A stretch of 64,000 nucleotides of DNA from an uncultured Microthrixaceae bacterium (GTDB taxonomy: Bacteria; Actinomycetota; Acidimicrobiia; Acidimicrobiales; CAVOFX01). Below are positions 26,148 to 34,995 of this stretch, piece after piece (within the stretch, counting starts at the first letter, position 1; every line of letters starts with the position of its first letter). The notes beneath the pieces were generated by a model. That model was not told the origin of the DNA. It made no database searches and worked only from the letters and a program-made list of their open reading frames with translations. The stretch covers positions 70,964 through 134,963 of the forward strand of contig CAVOFX010000002.1 in assembly GCA_963695115.1 (NCBI GenBank), written 5' to 3'. The position numbers were made by a program, and so were the translations under genes.

Positions 26148-28130
26148 TCAGCTGGCCAGGTGCCCACCGAGGAGGTGGAGCAGGGCTTCCCCGTAGCGGG
26201 CTGCCTTCACCTGCCCGATGCCGGGGATCGTCAGCAGCTCGGCCGTGGACCGCGGACGCCTCCGTACCACCTCGAGCAGCGTGCGGTCGTGGAACACCAC
26301 GAACGGAGCGACCCCGGCGGCACGGGCTGTGTTCGCTCTCCACGCCTGGAGGGTGGCGAGGACCCGCTCCTCGGAGGGTGAGAGATCCTCGTCAGGGCCG
26401 GTTCGACGCAGCCGGGAGCGTTGCGACCGCACGCTCGCGACGCTGTCCGGCTGCGGACGACCCGCCTTCAGCTCCTCGACGGCCTCCGAGACGAGCCGGA
26501 GGTAGCGGGAGGGCGATCGCGTAACCGTCGTGGTGCCGAACGTCCGCTGGCGGGCCCAGGAGCAGTGCAGCGTGCGCTCGGCCCGGGTGATGGCGACGTA
26601 CAGGAGGCGTTGCTCCTCGGCCAGGGCGTCCGGGGCGCGGGCGTGGCCGATCGGCACGAGACCCTCTTCGAGCCCCGCGATGTGGACCACCGGCCACTCG
26701 AGGCCCTTGGCCGCGTGGAAGGTGCTCACCTCCACCGCGTCGCTGGCCGGATCCGTCGTGTCCACTCCGGAGCTGTCGCGAAGCCATGCGACCAGACCGG
26801 CCGTCGTGGGGTGGGGATCGATCGCCGCGTAGTCGTGGGCCACCCTCACCAGCGCCTGCATGGCGGCCTCGCGATCGCCCGCAGGTTCCGGCGATGACCC
26901 CCCTTCACCGTGGGCTTCGGCTTCGAGGTCGGCGACAGCCACCTCGAACGGTGCGGTCTCCAGCCGCTTCAAGGCGAGCTTCACCTCGGGCGTGTCGGCC
27001 AGGGCACGCCCTCCTCGCACCCTGAACGGCACGCCCGCGCGGCTGAGCGCATCTTCGATCAGCGCGGCCTGTGCGTTGGTGCGGACCAGGACGGCCTGGT
27101 TGGACCAGTGGCCGCCGGGCATGTGGTTCTCACGGACCGCAGCCGCCACTGCGCGGGCCTCGGCGAGGTCGTCCGGATGCTCCCGCACGACAGGCATCTC
27201 TCCGTCCGGCCGGACCGGTCGGATGCGAACGGACTGACGACCGTCGAGCGCGGCGGCGGCCACCGCGAGGATCTGAGGTGTGGAGCGGTAGTTGCAGTCG
27301 AGCAGGACGGTCTCGGCGTCGGGGAGGTGGTCGCAGAGATCGGTGAGGTAGTGGGCGTCCGCCCCGTTCCATCCGTAGATCGCCTGGTGCGGGTCGCCCA
27401 CGACGCAGAGGTCGTCGCGGTCGCCGAGCCAGGCTCGGAGCAGGCCGAACTGCAGCGGATTGACGTCCTGGAACTCGTCGACGAACAGGTGCCGGAACCG
27501 CCAGTGCTGGGCAGCCGCGAACTCCTTGTCGGTTGTCATGTCGTGGGCGCAGAGCCGGAGCAGGTCGTCGAAGTCGACCAGGCGCCGCCGCCGCTTCTCG
27601 GTCTCGTAGCGGTGGAACAGCTCTGCGATGAGTCCGGGCTCTCCGGGTGTTCGTCGGCCTTCGGCGTTCGCTGCGGCGGCGTACTGGTTCGGCGAGATCG
27701 TGCGGGCCTTGGCCCATTCGATCTCAGCCGAGACCTCTGCTGGGCTGGCCTTCGAGTTGCTGGCGAGCAGCCTCGCGATGAGCGGCACCTTGCGGTCGAG
27801 CAGGGTCGGGGGGTCGATGTTGCGGCCGGCCCATCGTGAGCGGAGCTGGGCGTAGGCCACGGCGTGGAAGGTGCCCGCGGCGACCGCGTCCCGGAGTCCC
27901 AGGGCGCGAAGCCTGCCCGCCAGCTCGGCCGCAGCATGTCGGGTGAAGGTGATGGCGAGCACGTTGCGAGGGTCGAGCTCGTCCGAGAGCACCCGGTAGG
28001 CGATCCTCCGCGAGAGCACCCTGGTCTTCCCCGACCCCGCTCCTGCCTCTATCGCCAGGCAGCGCGCGGGATGGGTGACCGCATGGCGCTGGGCCTCGTC
28101 GAGGCCTTCCAGGACCTCCTCCAACCGCAC
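26148..28130 (-). CDS. UvrD/PcrA-family DNA helicase with C-terminal HRDC domain (UvrD2-like)
   Basis: Track ORF 26148..28469 trimmed to the GTG (VRLEEVLEGLDEAQRHAV). Motifs AGAGSGKTRVL, FVDEFQDVNPLQ, NYRSTPQIL and LLYVAITRAE. The HRDC-like end is LATLQAWRANTARAAGVAPFVVFHDRTLLEVVRRRPRSTAELLTIPGIGQVKAARYG. Confidence 0.88.
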   Translation of the reverse strand: MRLEEVLEGLDEAQRHAVTHPARCLAIEAGAGSGKTRVLSRRIAYRVLSDELDPRNVLAITFTRHAAAELAGRLRALGLRDAVAAGTFHAVAYAQLRSRWAGRNIDPPTLLDRKVPLIARLLASNSKASPAEVSAEIEWAKARTISPNQYAAAANAEGRRTPGEPGLIAELFHRYETEKRRRRLVDFDDLLRLCAHDMTTDKEFAAAQHWRFRHLFVDEFQDVNPLQFGLLRAWLGDRDDLCVVGDPHQAIYGWNGADAHYLTDLCDHLPDAETVLLDCNYRSTPQILAVAAAALDGRQSVRIRPVRPDGEMPVVREHPDDLAEARAVAAAVRENHMPGGHWSNQAVLVRTNAQAALIEDALSRAGVPFRVRGGRALADTPEVKLALKRLETAPFEVAVADLEAEAHGEGGSSPEPAGDREAAMQALVRVAHDYAAIDPHPTTAGLVAWLRDSSGVDTTDPASDAVEVSTFHAAKGLEWPVVHIAGLEEGLVPIGHARAPDALAEEQRLLYVAITRAERTLHCSWARQRTFGTTTVTRSPSRYLRLVSEAVEELKAGRPQPDSVASVRSQRSRLRRTGPDEDLSPSEERVLATLQAWRANTARAAGVAPFVVFHDRTLLEVVRRRPRSTAELLTIPGIGQVKAARYGEALLHLLGGHLAS

Positions 28131-28182
28131 CCGGGCGAGACTACAGACGAGGTGTGACGAGGTCGCGGAGGGTGCCCGATCG

Positions 28183-28211
28183 AGCTCTCGGCTTCGTCGA
28201 AGCCGAGAGCT
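28183..28211. promoter_or_regulatory. perfect 13-bp inverted repeat AGCTCTCGGCTTC-GTC-GAAGCCGAGAGCT in the divergent helicase/peptidase intergenic region
   Basis: Read directly. Coordinates were checked against track ORF 28075..28656 (…RSSSRLRRSREL…). Confidence 0.6.
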
Positions 28212-28299
28212 GCGCGCCGGAGGCGCACTCTGGGATGGCCGGCGAGCGGCGCCCACGGGGCCCGACGTGCTCGTCGGCCCCGCGCGGAGCCCAGGTAGC

Positions 28300-28656
28300 G
28301 TGCCGTCAGTGATCGAGATCCCGATCGACCGGTTCGAGGAGCTCGTGGCGGACGCCCTCGACGAGATCCCCGAGGAGCTCGCCCGGCAGATGGAGAACGT
28401 GGCGGTGGTGGTGCGCGACCACCCCCCCGAGCCCGGGCTGCTCGGCCTGTACGAGGGAATACCTCTCACCGACCGCGACAGCTCCTACGGAGGGATGGTC
28501 ATGCCGGATCGAATAGCGATCTTCAGGCTCCCGGTGTGCGACCTCTGCGAGACGGAGTCCGAGGTGCAGAGGCAGGTGCTGGTCACCGTGGTGCACGAGG
28601 TGGCCCACCACTTCGGCATCGACGACGAACGGCTCGTCGAACTGGGATGGGGCTGA
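28300..28656 (+). CDS. metallopeptidase-family protein (zincin-like, DUF1025-type)
   Basis: Track ORF 28075..28656 trimmed to the GTG (VPSVIEIPIDRFEELVADALDEIPEE...). HExxH motif is VVHEVAHHFG. The GTG at 28309 is an equally plausible start. Confidence 0.8.
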   Translation: MPSVIEIPIDRFEELVADALDEIPEELARQMENVAVVVRDHPPEPGLLGLYEGIPLTDRDSSYGGMVMPDRIAIFRLPVCDLCETESEVQRQVLVTVVHEVAHHFGIDDERLVELGWG

Positions 28657-28687
28657 CCGCCCGGATCGGAGGCGTTACGCTGCGCGG

Positions 28688-29356
28688 GTGCCGTTCCCTC
28701 CTGACCTGCTCAACCACGACGAGGAGATCGTCGTGGACCTCCGGCCCCACTGGTGGTTCATCACCCCGCCGTCCGTTGCCCTCGGCCTGGCGCTGCTGAT
28801 CGGGGTGGTCATCATCGCCAACACAGGCGATGACGGGGTGGCCCAGTTCGCGAAGCTGTTCTGGGGTGTGGTGGTGCTGGTGTCCCTCGGGTGGTTCGCG
28901 GTGCGCTACTCGAAGTGGGTCACCACCAACTTCGTGGTGACCACCGATCGTGTGATCTACCGCGTCGGTGTCTTCGCCAAGCACGGCACCGAGATCCCCA
29001 CCGACAAGATCAACGCGGTCCACTTCAGCCAGAGGTTCTTCGAGCGGCTCATCGGCGTCGGCACGCTGAGGATCGAGTCCGCGAGCGAGAGGGGCGCGTC
29101 GGAGTTCAGCGACATCCGCAAGCCCTCGGCGGTCCAGAACCTGATCCACCAGCAGATGGAGCGGCAGTCGGATCAGGACGTCCACCGGGTGGGCCAAGCG
29201 GTGGCCGATGCGGTCTCCGCCACTGCCCCAGGGGGGGCTGCGGCCTCGCCGGCTGCCGCCGATCAGATCGAGAAGCTGAACCAGCTTCGGCAGCAGGGGG
29301 CGATCACCGAAGAGGAGTACCAGGCCAAGAAGGCCGAGCTGCTCGACCGGATGTAG
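28688..29356 (+). CDS. membrane bPH (YdbT/DUF304-like) domain protein with C-terminal SHOCT domain
   Basis: Track ORF of 222 aa. Two TM helices are followed by YRVGVFAKHGTEIPTDKINAVHFSQRFFERLIGVGTLRIES (bPH_2-like). The C-terminus IEKLNQLRQQGAITEEEYQAKKAELLDRM is SHOCT-like. Confidence 0.75.
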   Translation: MPFPPDLLNHDEEIVVDLRPHWWFITPPSVALGLALLIGVVIIANTGDDGVAQFAKLFWGVVVLVSLGWFAVRYSKWVTTNFVVTTDRVIYRVGVFAKHGTEIPTDKINAVHFSQRFFERLIGVGTLRIESASERGASEFSDIRKPSAVQNLIHQQMERQSDQDVHRVGQAVADAVSATAPGGAAASPAAADQIEKLNQLRQQGAITEEEYQAKKAELLDRM

Positions 29357-29364
29357 CTCAGCCG

Positions 29365-29604
29365 GTGCGGATGGCAGGCCGAGGGCTGGTGAGCAGCGAT
29401 CGGTGCGCCGAGGACCGTCGTGGCACGTACGTGGCCGTCACCAGGCGAGGGCGGAGGGAGATCGAGGCGGCGGCGCCCGGCCACGCCGGGGCGGTGAGGC
29501 GGCTCTTCGTCGACCACGTCAGCCCCGAGCAGCTCGCCGCCATCGCCGATGCATCAGAAGCGGTCCTCGCCGCGCTGGAAGAATCTAGACAGGATTCTGT
29601 ATAG
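29365..29604 (+). pseudogene. MarR-family regulator remnant (C-terminal wing + dimerisation helix only; N-terminal HTH missing)
   Basis: Tail of track ORF 28891..29604: VRMAGRGLVSSDRCAEDRRGTYVAVTRRGRREIEAAAPGHAGAVRRLFVDHVSPEQLAAIADASEAVLAALEE. The same frame upstream is just the alternate frame of the preceding gene, so roughly 70 aa of a normal MarR are absent. Confidence 0.6.
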
Positions 29605-29605
29605 T
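29580..29605 (+). promoter_or_regulatory. candidate TA promoter/operator: AGAATC-N7-GATTCT inverted repeat followed by TATAGT (-10-like) 6 nt before the GTG start (leaderless arrangement)
   Basis: Read directly in the only AT-richer patch of this region. Coordinates were checked against the stop codons of track ORFs 29403..29588 and 28891..29604. Confidence 0.45.
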
Positions 29606-29611
29606 TAGATC

Positions 29612-29941
29612 GTGACATCCGCTCTTCCCTCCCCCGAGACCGTCTCGGTCACCGAGGCATCGGAACGTGGCGTCTCTGCGCTCGTGCGCGCCGCGAGCGA
29701 GGGCCACGACCTCGTCGTCGAGCGCCGGGGCAGGCCCGTGGCGGCAGTCGTCGGCATGCAGCGAATCGGCGAGCTGGCCGTGCTGGAGGCCGATCTTCGT
29801 AGCGCCGCTCTGGTGCTCACCCGGCTGGCGACCGACGGTGGGCGCCGGACCGCCCTCGACGACGTGGTCGCCGCGTTCGGCTTCGACCGGGCCGAGCTGG
29901 AAGCAGAGCTCGACGCCGACATCGCCGCCGGGCGGACCTGA
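29612..29941 (+). CDS. Phd/YefM-family type II antitoxin
   Basis: Track ORF of 109 aa. ETVSVTEASERGVSALVRAASEGHDLVVERRGRPVAAVVGMQRIGEL fits the Phd/YefM N-terminal fold pattern. It sits directly upstream of a RelE/ParE-like gene. Confidence 0.8.
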   Translation: MTSALPSPETVSVTEASERGVSALVRAASEGHDLVVERRGRPVAAVVGMQRIGELAVLEADLRSAALVLTRLATDGGRRTALDDVVAAFGFDRAELEAELDADIAAGRT

Positions 29942-29962
29942 TCCGGCGAAGGCCCTACGTGC

Positions 29963-30529
29963 ATGGATGATCGTGACATGCCGCGGGCCTTCGTCCGCCT
30001 CACAGACGCCGCCGTCGAGGACCTCGAGCGCCTCGCGAGGCTGGACCCACAGATCCTCCGCCAAGCGCTCAAGAAGATGCTGCTCCTCGAGCGCGAGCCG
30101 CGGGCGGGTGAGCCGTTGCTCGGGGGACTCGTCGGCTTCCGCAAGCTGACCGTCGGTGACCGGCACTGGCGGATCGTGTGGCGTGTCACCACGGACGACC
30201 TGGGTGCTGAGGTCGTCGAGATCGCCGAGGTCTGGGCCGCAGGCGCGAGGTCTGATGGCGAGGTGTACGCGGAGATGAACGATCGGGTCGAGGCGCTGCC
30301 GGCATCGCCGAGGACCACCCAGCTCGCTGAGGTGGTCGGCACGCTCGGCAGGCACGCGGAGGGGATCAGCGTCAGTGGACAACCGGGTGGCGAGCCGGTG
30401 CCCCAGTGGCTGGCCGACCGCCTGATCCACAGCGCCGGGATCTCGCGAGATCAGGTGGAGGGGATGGCTGCCGAGGAAGCCATGCAGGCTTGGGAGAGGT
30501 TCATCACGGGACCTGGCGGCAGCGGCTAG
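29963..30529 (+). CDS. RelE/ParE-superfamily toxin-like protein with an unrecognised ~85-aa C-terminal extension
   Basis: Track ORF of 188 aa. The first roughly 100 aa are AFVRLTDAAVEDLERLARLDPQILRQALKKMLLLEREPRAGEPLLGGLVGFRKLTVGDRHWRIVWRVTTDDLGAEVVEIAEVWAAGARSDGEVY (RelE/ParE pattern). The remainder (…PVPQWLADRLIHSAGISRDQVEGMAAEEAMQAWERFIT…) is unassigned. An alternative start is the ATG at 29978. Confidence 0.7.
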   Translation: MDDRDMPRAFVRLTDAAVEDLERLARLDPQILRQALKKMLLLEREPRAGEPLLGGLVGFRKLTVGDRHWRIVWRVTTDDLGAEVVEIAEVWAAGARSDGEVYAEMNDRVEALPASPRTTQLAEVVGTLGRHAEGISVSGQPGGEPVPQWLADRLIHSAGISRDQVEGMAAEEAMQAWERFITGPGGSG

Positions 30530-30558
30530 CCCGCATCGGCCACGAGGCTCGGAGTCGC

Positions 30559-31581
30559 TCAGGTGGCGAGCTCGACACGGGCTCCTGCGGAGGCCTGGAG
30601 GTGCCAGCCCTCCTCCAACGCGTTGGGGGAGGTGAGAGCCACGACGCATCCGCCGAACCCCGCTCCGGTCAGGCGTGCGCCGAACACTCCCGCGGTGGAG
30701 GTGAGGCGCTCGACGATCGCGTCGAGCTCGGGGGTGGAGACCTCGAAGTCGGCGGCGAGGCTCCGGTGCGAGGCGGTCATGAGCGCACCGGCCTGGCCCA
30801 GGTCCCCTGCCCGCAGGGCCTCGACGAAGTCGAGGACCCGTCGGTTCTCGGTGACGACGTGACGTGCCCGCCGCCGCTGCACCGGGTCGGCGATCGTGGC
30901 CACCTCCTCGGGGGTGGCCGTTCGGAGCGGGCCGATGGCACGCTCCGCTGCTTCGCAGGTCGACCGCCGCTCGGCGTAGGCCGACGCGACGAGAGCACGC
31001 ACCTGCCCGGAGTGGACGACCACCACCTCGACGGCGGCGGGAAGCGGCACCGGCTCGACCTCCAGGCTGGCGAAGTCGACGAGCAGCGCGTGCCCCTCGA
31101 CGCCCATCACCGAGGTGAGCTGGTCCATGATCCCGCAGGGAACCCCGGTGGCCGTCTGCTCCGCACGCTGGCAGGCGCGTGCCAGCTCGAGCGGTGAACC
31201 CCCGAAGCCGATCGCCAGAGCCACCGCCACCTCGAGAGCCGCGCTCGAGGAGAGACCGGAGCCGACGGGCACCGTCGAGGTGATCGTCCCCGTGAACCCC
31301 TGCTCGGGGGCGAGCTCGGCGACGACCCCGGCGACGTAGCGGGCCCACTCCGGTATGCGTCGGCCGGGGGTGCTCCCGAGGGGGTCGGCGAGGTCGACGA
31401 GGGCCGGCTCGGGCTCCTGGTCGGAGCGCAGCTCGACCCGATCGCCACCCCGTTCGCCCCGCACCTCGGTCACCAGCTCGATGGCCATTGGCATGGCGAG
31501 GCCCCCGACGTAGTCGGTGTGGTCGCCGATGAGGTTCACCCGGCCCGGGGCGACTGCATGGACTGCCATGGCGGCGGTCAC
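30559..31581 (-). CDS. galK: galactokinase (GHMP kinase)
   Basis: Track ORF of 340 aa. Motifs [44 protein letters not shown] and [15 protein letters not shown]. Confidence 0.9.
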   Translation of the reverse strand: MTAAMAVHAVAPGRVNLIGDHTDYVGGLAMPMAIELVTEVRGERGGDRVELRSDQEPEPALVDLADPLGSTPGRRIPEWARYVAGVVAELAPEQGFTGTITSTVPVGSGLSSSAALEVAVALAIGFGGSPLELARACQRAEQTATGVPCGIMDQLTSVMGVEGHALLVDFASLEVEPVPLPAAVEVVVVHSGQVRALVASAYAERRSTCEAAERAIGPLRTATPEEVATIADPVQRRRARHVVTENRRVLDFVEALRAGDLGQAGALMTASHRSLAADFEVSTPELDAIVERLTSTAGVFGARLTGAGFGGCVVALTSPNALEEGWHLQASAGARVELAT

Positions 31582-31631
31582 GGTACTGTCTGCGGGCCCG
31601 CTACCGGCGGCGACGAAGGAGTGAAGCGCTG

Positions 31632-32787
31632 ATGGGTGGACCGCTCGAAGGTGTGAGGATCCTCGAGATCGCCGGGATCGGCCCAGGGCCGTTCTGCGCC
31701 ATGATGCTCGCGGACATGGGCGCGGAGGTGGTGAGGGTCGACCGCGCGCAGTCGGCGATGGGGGGGGACGCCGCCAACCCGCCGAAGGAGGTGCTCAACC
31801 GCGGACGGCGTTCGGTGGCGCTGGACCTGAAGAACCCCGAAGGGTTGGAGACGCTGCTCGACCTGGTCGAGAAGGCCGACGGCCTGATCGAGGGCTTCCG
31901 CCCGGGCGTCGCCGAGCGGCTGGGCTTCGGTCCCGACGTCTGCTCCGAGCGCAACCCGGCACTCGTGTACGGGCGGATGACCGGCTGGGGCCAGGATGGT
32001 CCCTACGCCCAGATGGCGGGTCACGACATCAACTACATCGCGCTGGCCGGGGCGCTGTGGCACTTCGGAAGGGCCGACGAGCGCCCGATCTTCCCGCTCA
32101 ACCTCGTCGGGGACTTCGGGGGCGGCGGAATGCTCCTCGCGTTCGGGATGGTGTGCGGACTCCTGCGACGCGCGGGCATCGGGCGAGGGGCAGGTCGTGG
32201 ACGCGGCGATGGTCGACGGGGCGGCGGTGCTGATGACGATGCTGCACGGCTTCAAGGCGATGGGCTTCTGGGACGCCGAGCAGCGCGGAGCGAACCTGCT
32301 CGACTCGGGCGCGTGGTTCTACGAGGTGTACGAGACCGCCGACGGCCGGTACGTGTCGTTCGGCTCGCTCGAGCCGCAGTTCTACGCGGAGATGTGCCGG
32401 TTGAGCGGTATGGACGAGCTGCTGGGGGAGCAGCCCGCCCAGTACGACCGCGCGGCCTGGCCGGAGCGTCGGCGGCAGCTCGCCGAGCTCATCGCGACGA
32501 AGACCCGCGACGAGTGGTGCGAGATCATGGAGGGGACCGACGTCTGCTTCGCCCCGGTGCTCTCGATGGACGAAGCGCCGCGGCACCCCCACAACGAGGC
32601 GCGCGGCACCTTCGTAGAGCTCGAGGGCGTGGTGCAGCCCGCACCGGCGCCACGGTTCAGCCGCACCCCCGCCGGGATCCAGAGGCCCCCGGCGCACGCC
32701 GGCCAGCACACCGACGAGGTGCTCGCCGAATGGGGCGTGGACGAGGACCGCATAGCTGCGCTGCGGGTCGCTCGGGCCATCGCCTGA
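31632..32787 (+). pseudogene. family-III CoA-transferase, alpha-methylacyl-CoA racemase-like, one apparent frameshift near 32166-32170
   Basis: Track ORF 31632..33032 is protein-like up to ...[14 protein letters not shown]. It then continues in the frame of track ORF 31996..32787 ([28 protein letters not shown]...[30 protein letters not shown]). One extra base follows CTCCTG. Confidence 0.8.
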
Positions 32788-32815
32788 CCGATCCTGCCCG
32801 GGATCCGATAGGAAG

Positions 32816-33657
32816 GTGGGGAAGGTGCCACCGGAGAGGGGACCACACGTGGCAACGCTCGTCTGCTTCCACGCCCATCCCGACGACGAGGCCATCGCGA
32901 CGGCCGGGACCATGGCCAAGGCGGTGGAGTCCGGTCACCGGGTGGTGTTCGTCGTCGCGACGAGAGGTGAGCACGGCGAGATCGTCCCCGGAGTGCTGGT
33001 GGACGGGGAGCAGCTCGGTGTTCGCCGGGTGACCGAGACCTTCGACTCGGCACGGCTCATCGGCTGCGACCGGGTCGAGTTCCTCGGCTACGTCGACTCG
33101 GGGATGATGGGCGAGCCGACGAACGACGACCCGTACTCGTTCTGGTCGGTGAACGTCGAGCAGGCCGCGCACCGCCTCGCCTACATCCTCCGCGAGGAGC
33201 GCGACGCGGGCCGGTCGTGCTCACGATCTACGACGACCACGGCGGGTACGGGCATCCCGACCACATCCAGGTGCACCGCGTCGGCCGGATGGCGGCCGAG
33301 ATCGCCGGAGTCGATCGTGTCTTCCAGGGAACGATGAACCGCGACCAGATCCGAAGGGGCCTCGAGCGGATGGCCGGGGAGCAGCCCGACATCGATCTGC
33401 CGGAGCAGCCTGCAGAGCCGGAGTTCGGAGAACCGGAGTCGGCGATCACGCATGCGGTCGACGTGAGCCGGCACCTGGAGACGAAGCGGCGCTGCATGAA
33501 GGCCCACGCCAGCCAGATCCCCGACGACTCGTTCTTCCTGGCCATGCCCGACGAGCTCTTCGCCGAGGCCTTCGGCACCGAGTGGTTCATCGAGCTCGGC
33601 GCGACCCGGGCAGAGGGGGAGCCGTTCGCCGACGACCTCTTCGCCGGCCTGGGCTGA
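32816..33657 (+). pseudogene. PIG-L/LmbE-family deacetylase, one apparent frameshift near 33210-33216
   Basis: Track ORF 32816..33337 (…[22 protein letters not shown]…[12 protein letters not shown]…) continues in track ORF 33217..33657 (VLTIYDDHGGYGHPDHIQVHRV…). The likely real start is the GTG at 32849, preceded by GGAGAGGGGA. Confidence 0.8.
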
Positions 33658-33668
33658 GGGGCACCCGG

Positions 33669-33698
33669 GCGTGGCGCGGCTCCACCTGGTACGACAGG
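33669..33698 (+). repeat. left copy of direct repeat (decayed duplicate of the histidine-phosphatase gene start)
   Basis: GCGTGGCGCGGCTCCACCTGGT(A)CGACA(G)GG matches 35133..35162 with 22 nt perfect and 2 mismatches over 30 nt. Visible in track ORFs 33582..34061 and 35112..35549, both containing AWRGSTW. Confidence 0.85.
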
Positions 33699-33723
33699 GG
33701 CCGCCTGGTATGGGTGTCCCGTG

Positions 33724-34383
33724 CTAGCCGCTCGCTGGCTGCGCCGTGGAGCGGGAGAGGCCCTCGTAGCCGAGGCAGCTCGCGAGCTCCTCGGTGGCCT
33801 CGTTGCAGCCGTATCGCTCCGCCAGCGCTCCGGCGATGTCGAACGAGCCTCCGCCGACCAGCTCCGCCGGGACGAAGCCCATCCCGAAGGTGTAGCCGAG
33901 GATCTCGCCACCGCCGGACTTCGCGTGGACGGCTTCGACCGGAAGGCCCGGGATCCCCGCCGTGGTGCCTGCCTCCACCGCCGCCTCGAGCCCCGCGAAG
34001 TCACGGATGGGCTGGTGCCAGCCGCAGACCCAGGAGCCGTCCACGAGGCTCTGCGCCTTGAACGGCCACCAACCGGTGCGTTGGTACTCCTCGGTGGCCG
34101 TCTGGATGCGAGCTTCGGCTTCCGCCAGCTGCTCGGCGGTGATGTCCTCGGGGCGGGGCTCCGGTGCCTCGCAGGATTCGTCTGCGGCGGCAGCTGCAGC
34201 GGGCACAGGCTGCGCGTCGGGGCTCTCCGCTGTCCGACCTCTTCCACCGACCAGCACTGCCGCTCCGACGACGAGTACCAACGCGCCCAGCACCAACGCC
34301 ATGACCCAGCGCTGCACCGTCCGGGAACCCGGCTCGTCTGCCCGTGCGTCCGGGTGGTCCGCTTTCCCCACGGTTGCCTTCAT
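33724..34383 (-). CDS. hypothetical membrane-anchored exported protein
   Basis: Track ORF of 219 aa. A cytoplasmic N-tail is followed by one TM helix (WVMALVLGALVLVVGAAVLVGG), an Ala/Pro linker and a roughly 150-aa Cys-containing ectodomain. No recognised domain. Confidence 0.55.
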   Translation of the reverse strand: MKATVGKADHPDARADEPGSRTVQRWVMALVLGALVLVVGAAVLVGGRGRTAESPDAQPVPAAAAAADESCEAPEPRPEDITAEQLAEAEARIQTATEEYQRTGWWPFKAQSLVDGSWVCGWHQPIRDFAGLEAAVEAGTTAGIPGLPVEAVHAKSGGGEILGYTFGMGFVPAELVGGGSFDIAGALAERYGCNEATEELASCLGYEGLSRSTAQPASG

Positions 34384-34419
34384 TGTCCCGGCACCTCCTC
34401 ACGCCTCATGCTGCGCGAC

Positions 34420-34974
34420 CTAGTAGAAGGAGATTCTGTAGTAGGTGTACAGGTCGTATGGCGTCCCCGAGTTCCACGCTCGATGCCCCATCAGGTAGTC
34501 CATCCACCAGTAGAGGACGTTGTCCGGGCACTCGGCCAGGGAGTCGGCTCTACCGTCAGAGTCCATTCCCGAGTAGCCGTAGGCACATAGAGGCTGTTGC
34601 TGACCGCCCTGATAGACAGGATAGAGCCACGTCGATGCTTCGACCACGTGCCCGTTGCGGGCAACACAGGGAGTACCGCTGGACAGCCTGCTAGTCGTCA
34701 TCGTGTGGCCAGTCCACTTGGAGGCCTGGAACCGTCCTTCGTCGATCCGGTCGGCCCTGAAGAGGGCAACGGACTTCCAGGTCTGGCACCCCGAGTAGAA
34801 CTCGTCCGTGGCGCTCGCGGGTCTCGCAAGGCCAAGAGCCAGGGCGAGAGCAGCGACAAGGCACGCCCCAACCCGCCCCGGTCGACCGACGCGTCGTATG
34901 TGCTGGCCGCGGTGGACCCCACCCGGCCTGCCCCAATCCACCTCACCTGAAGTGACCAATTCGCCACCTAGCAT
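34420..34974 (-). CDS. hypothetical secreted Cys/Tyr/Trp-rich protein
   Basis: Track ORF 34420..35382 trimmed to the ATG at 34974. The signal-peptide-like stretch is RRVGRPGRVGACLVAALALALGLARPASA. The mature part of about 130 aa ends ...YWWMDYLMGHRAWNSGTPYDLYTYYRISFY. GC is visibly lower than in neighbouring genes (eyeballed, not computed). Confidence 0.55.
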   Translation of the reverse strand: MLGGELVTSGEVDWGRPGGVHRGQHIRRVGRPGRVGACLVAALALALGLARPASATDEFYSGCQTWKSVALFRADRIDEGRFQASKWTGHTMTTSRLSSGTPCVARNGHVVEASTWLYPVYQGGQQQPLCAYGYSGMDSDGRADSLAECPDNVLYWWMDYLMGHRAWNSGTPYDLYTYYRISFY

Positions 34975-34985
34975 GGTGGGATCGT

Positions 34986-34995
34986 CCCCCCCCCC
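34986..34995 (-). repeat. G10 (plus-strand C10) homopolymer tract 11 nt upstream of the ATG at 34974
   Basis: Read directly. Confirmed from track ORF 34420..35382 (…IGIGGGDDPTM… = att ggg ggg ggg gac gat ccc acc atg). Confidence 0.9.

Noticed and set aside
28183-28211. The 13-bp palindrome as a LexA SOS box upstream of the UvrD-like helicase
   Set aside because: It does not fit the actinobacterial LexA consensus TCGAAC-N4-GTTCGA. Only the central TTCGTCGAA is vaguely similar. It is kept as an unexplained palindrome instead.
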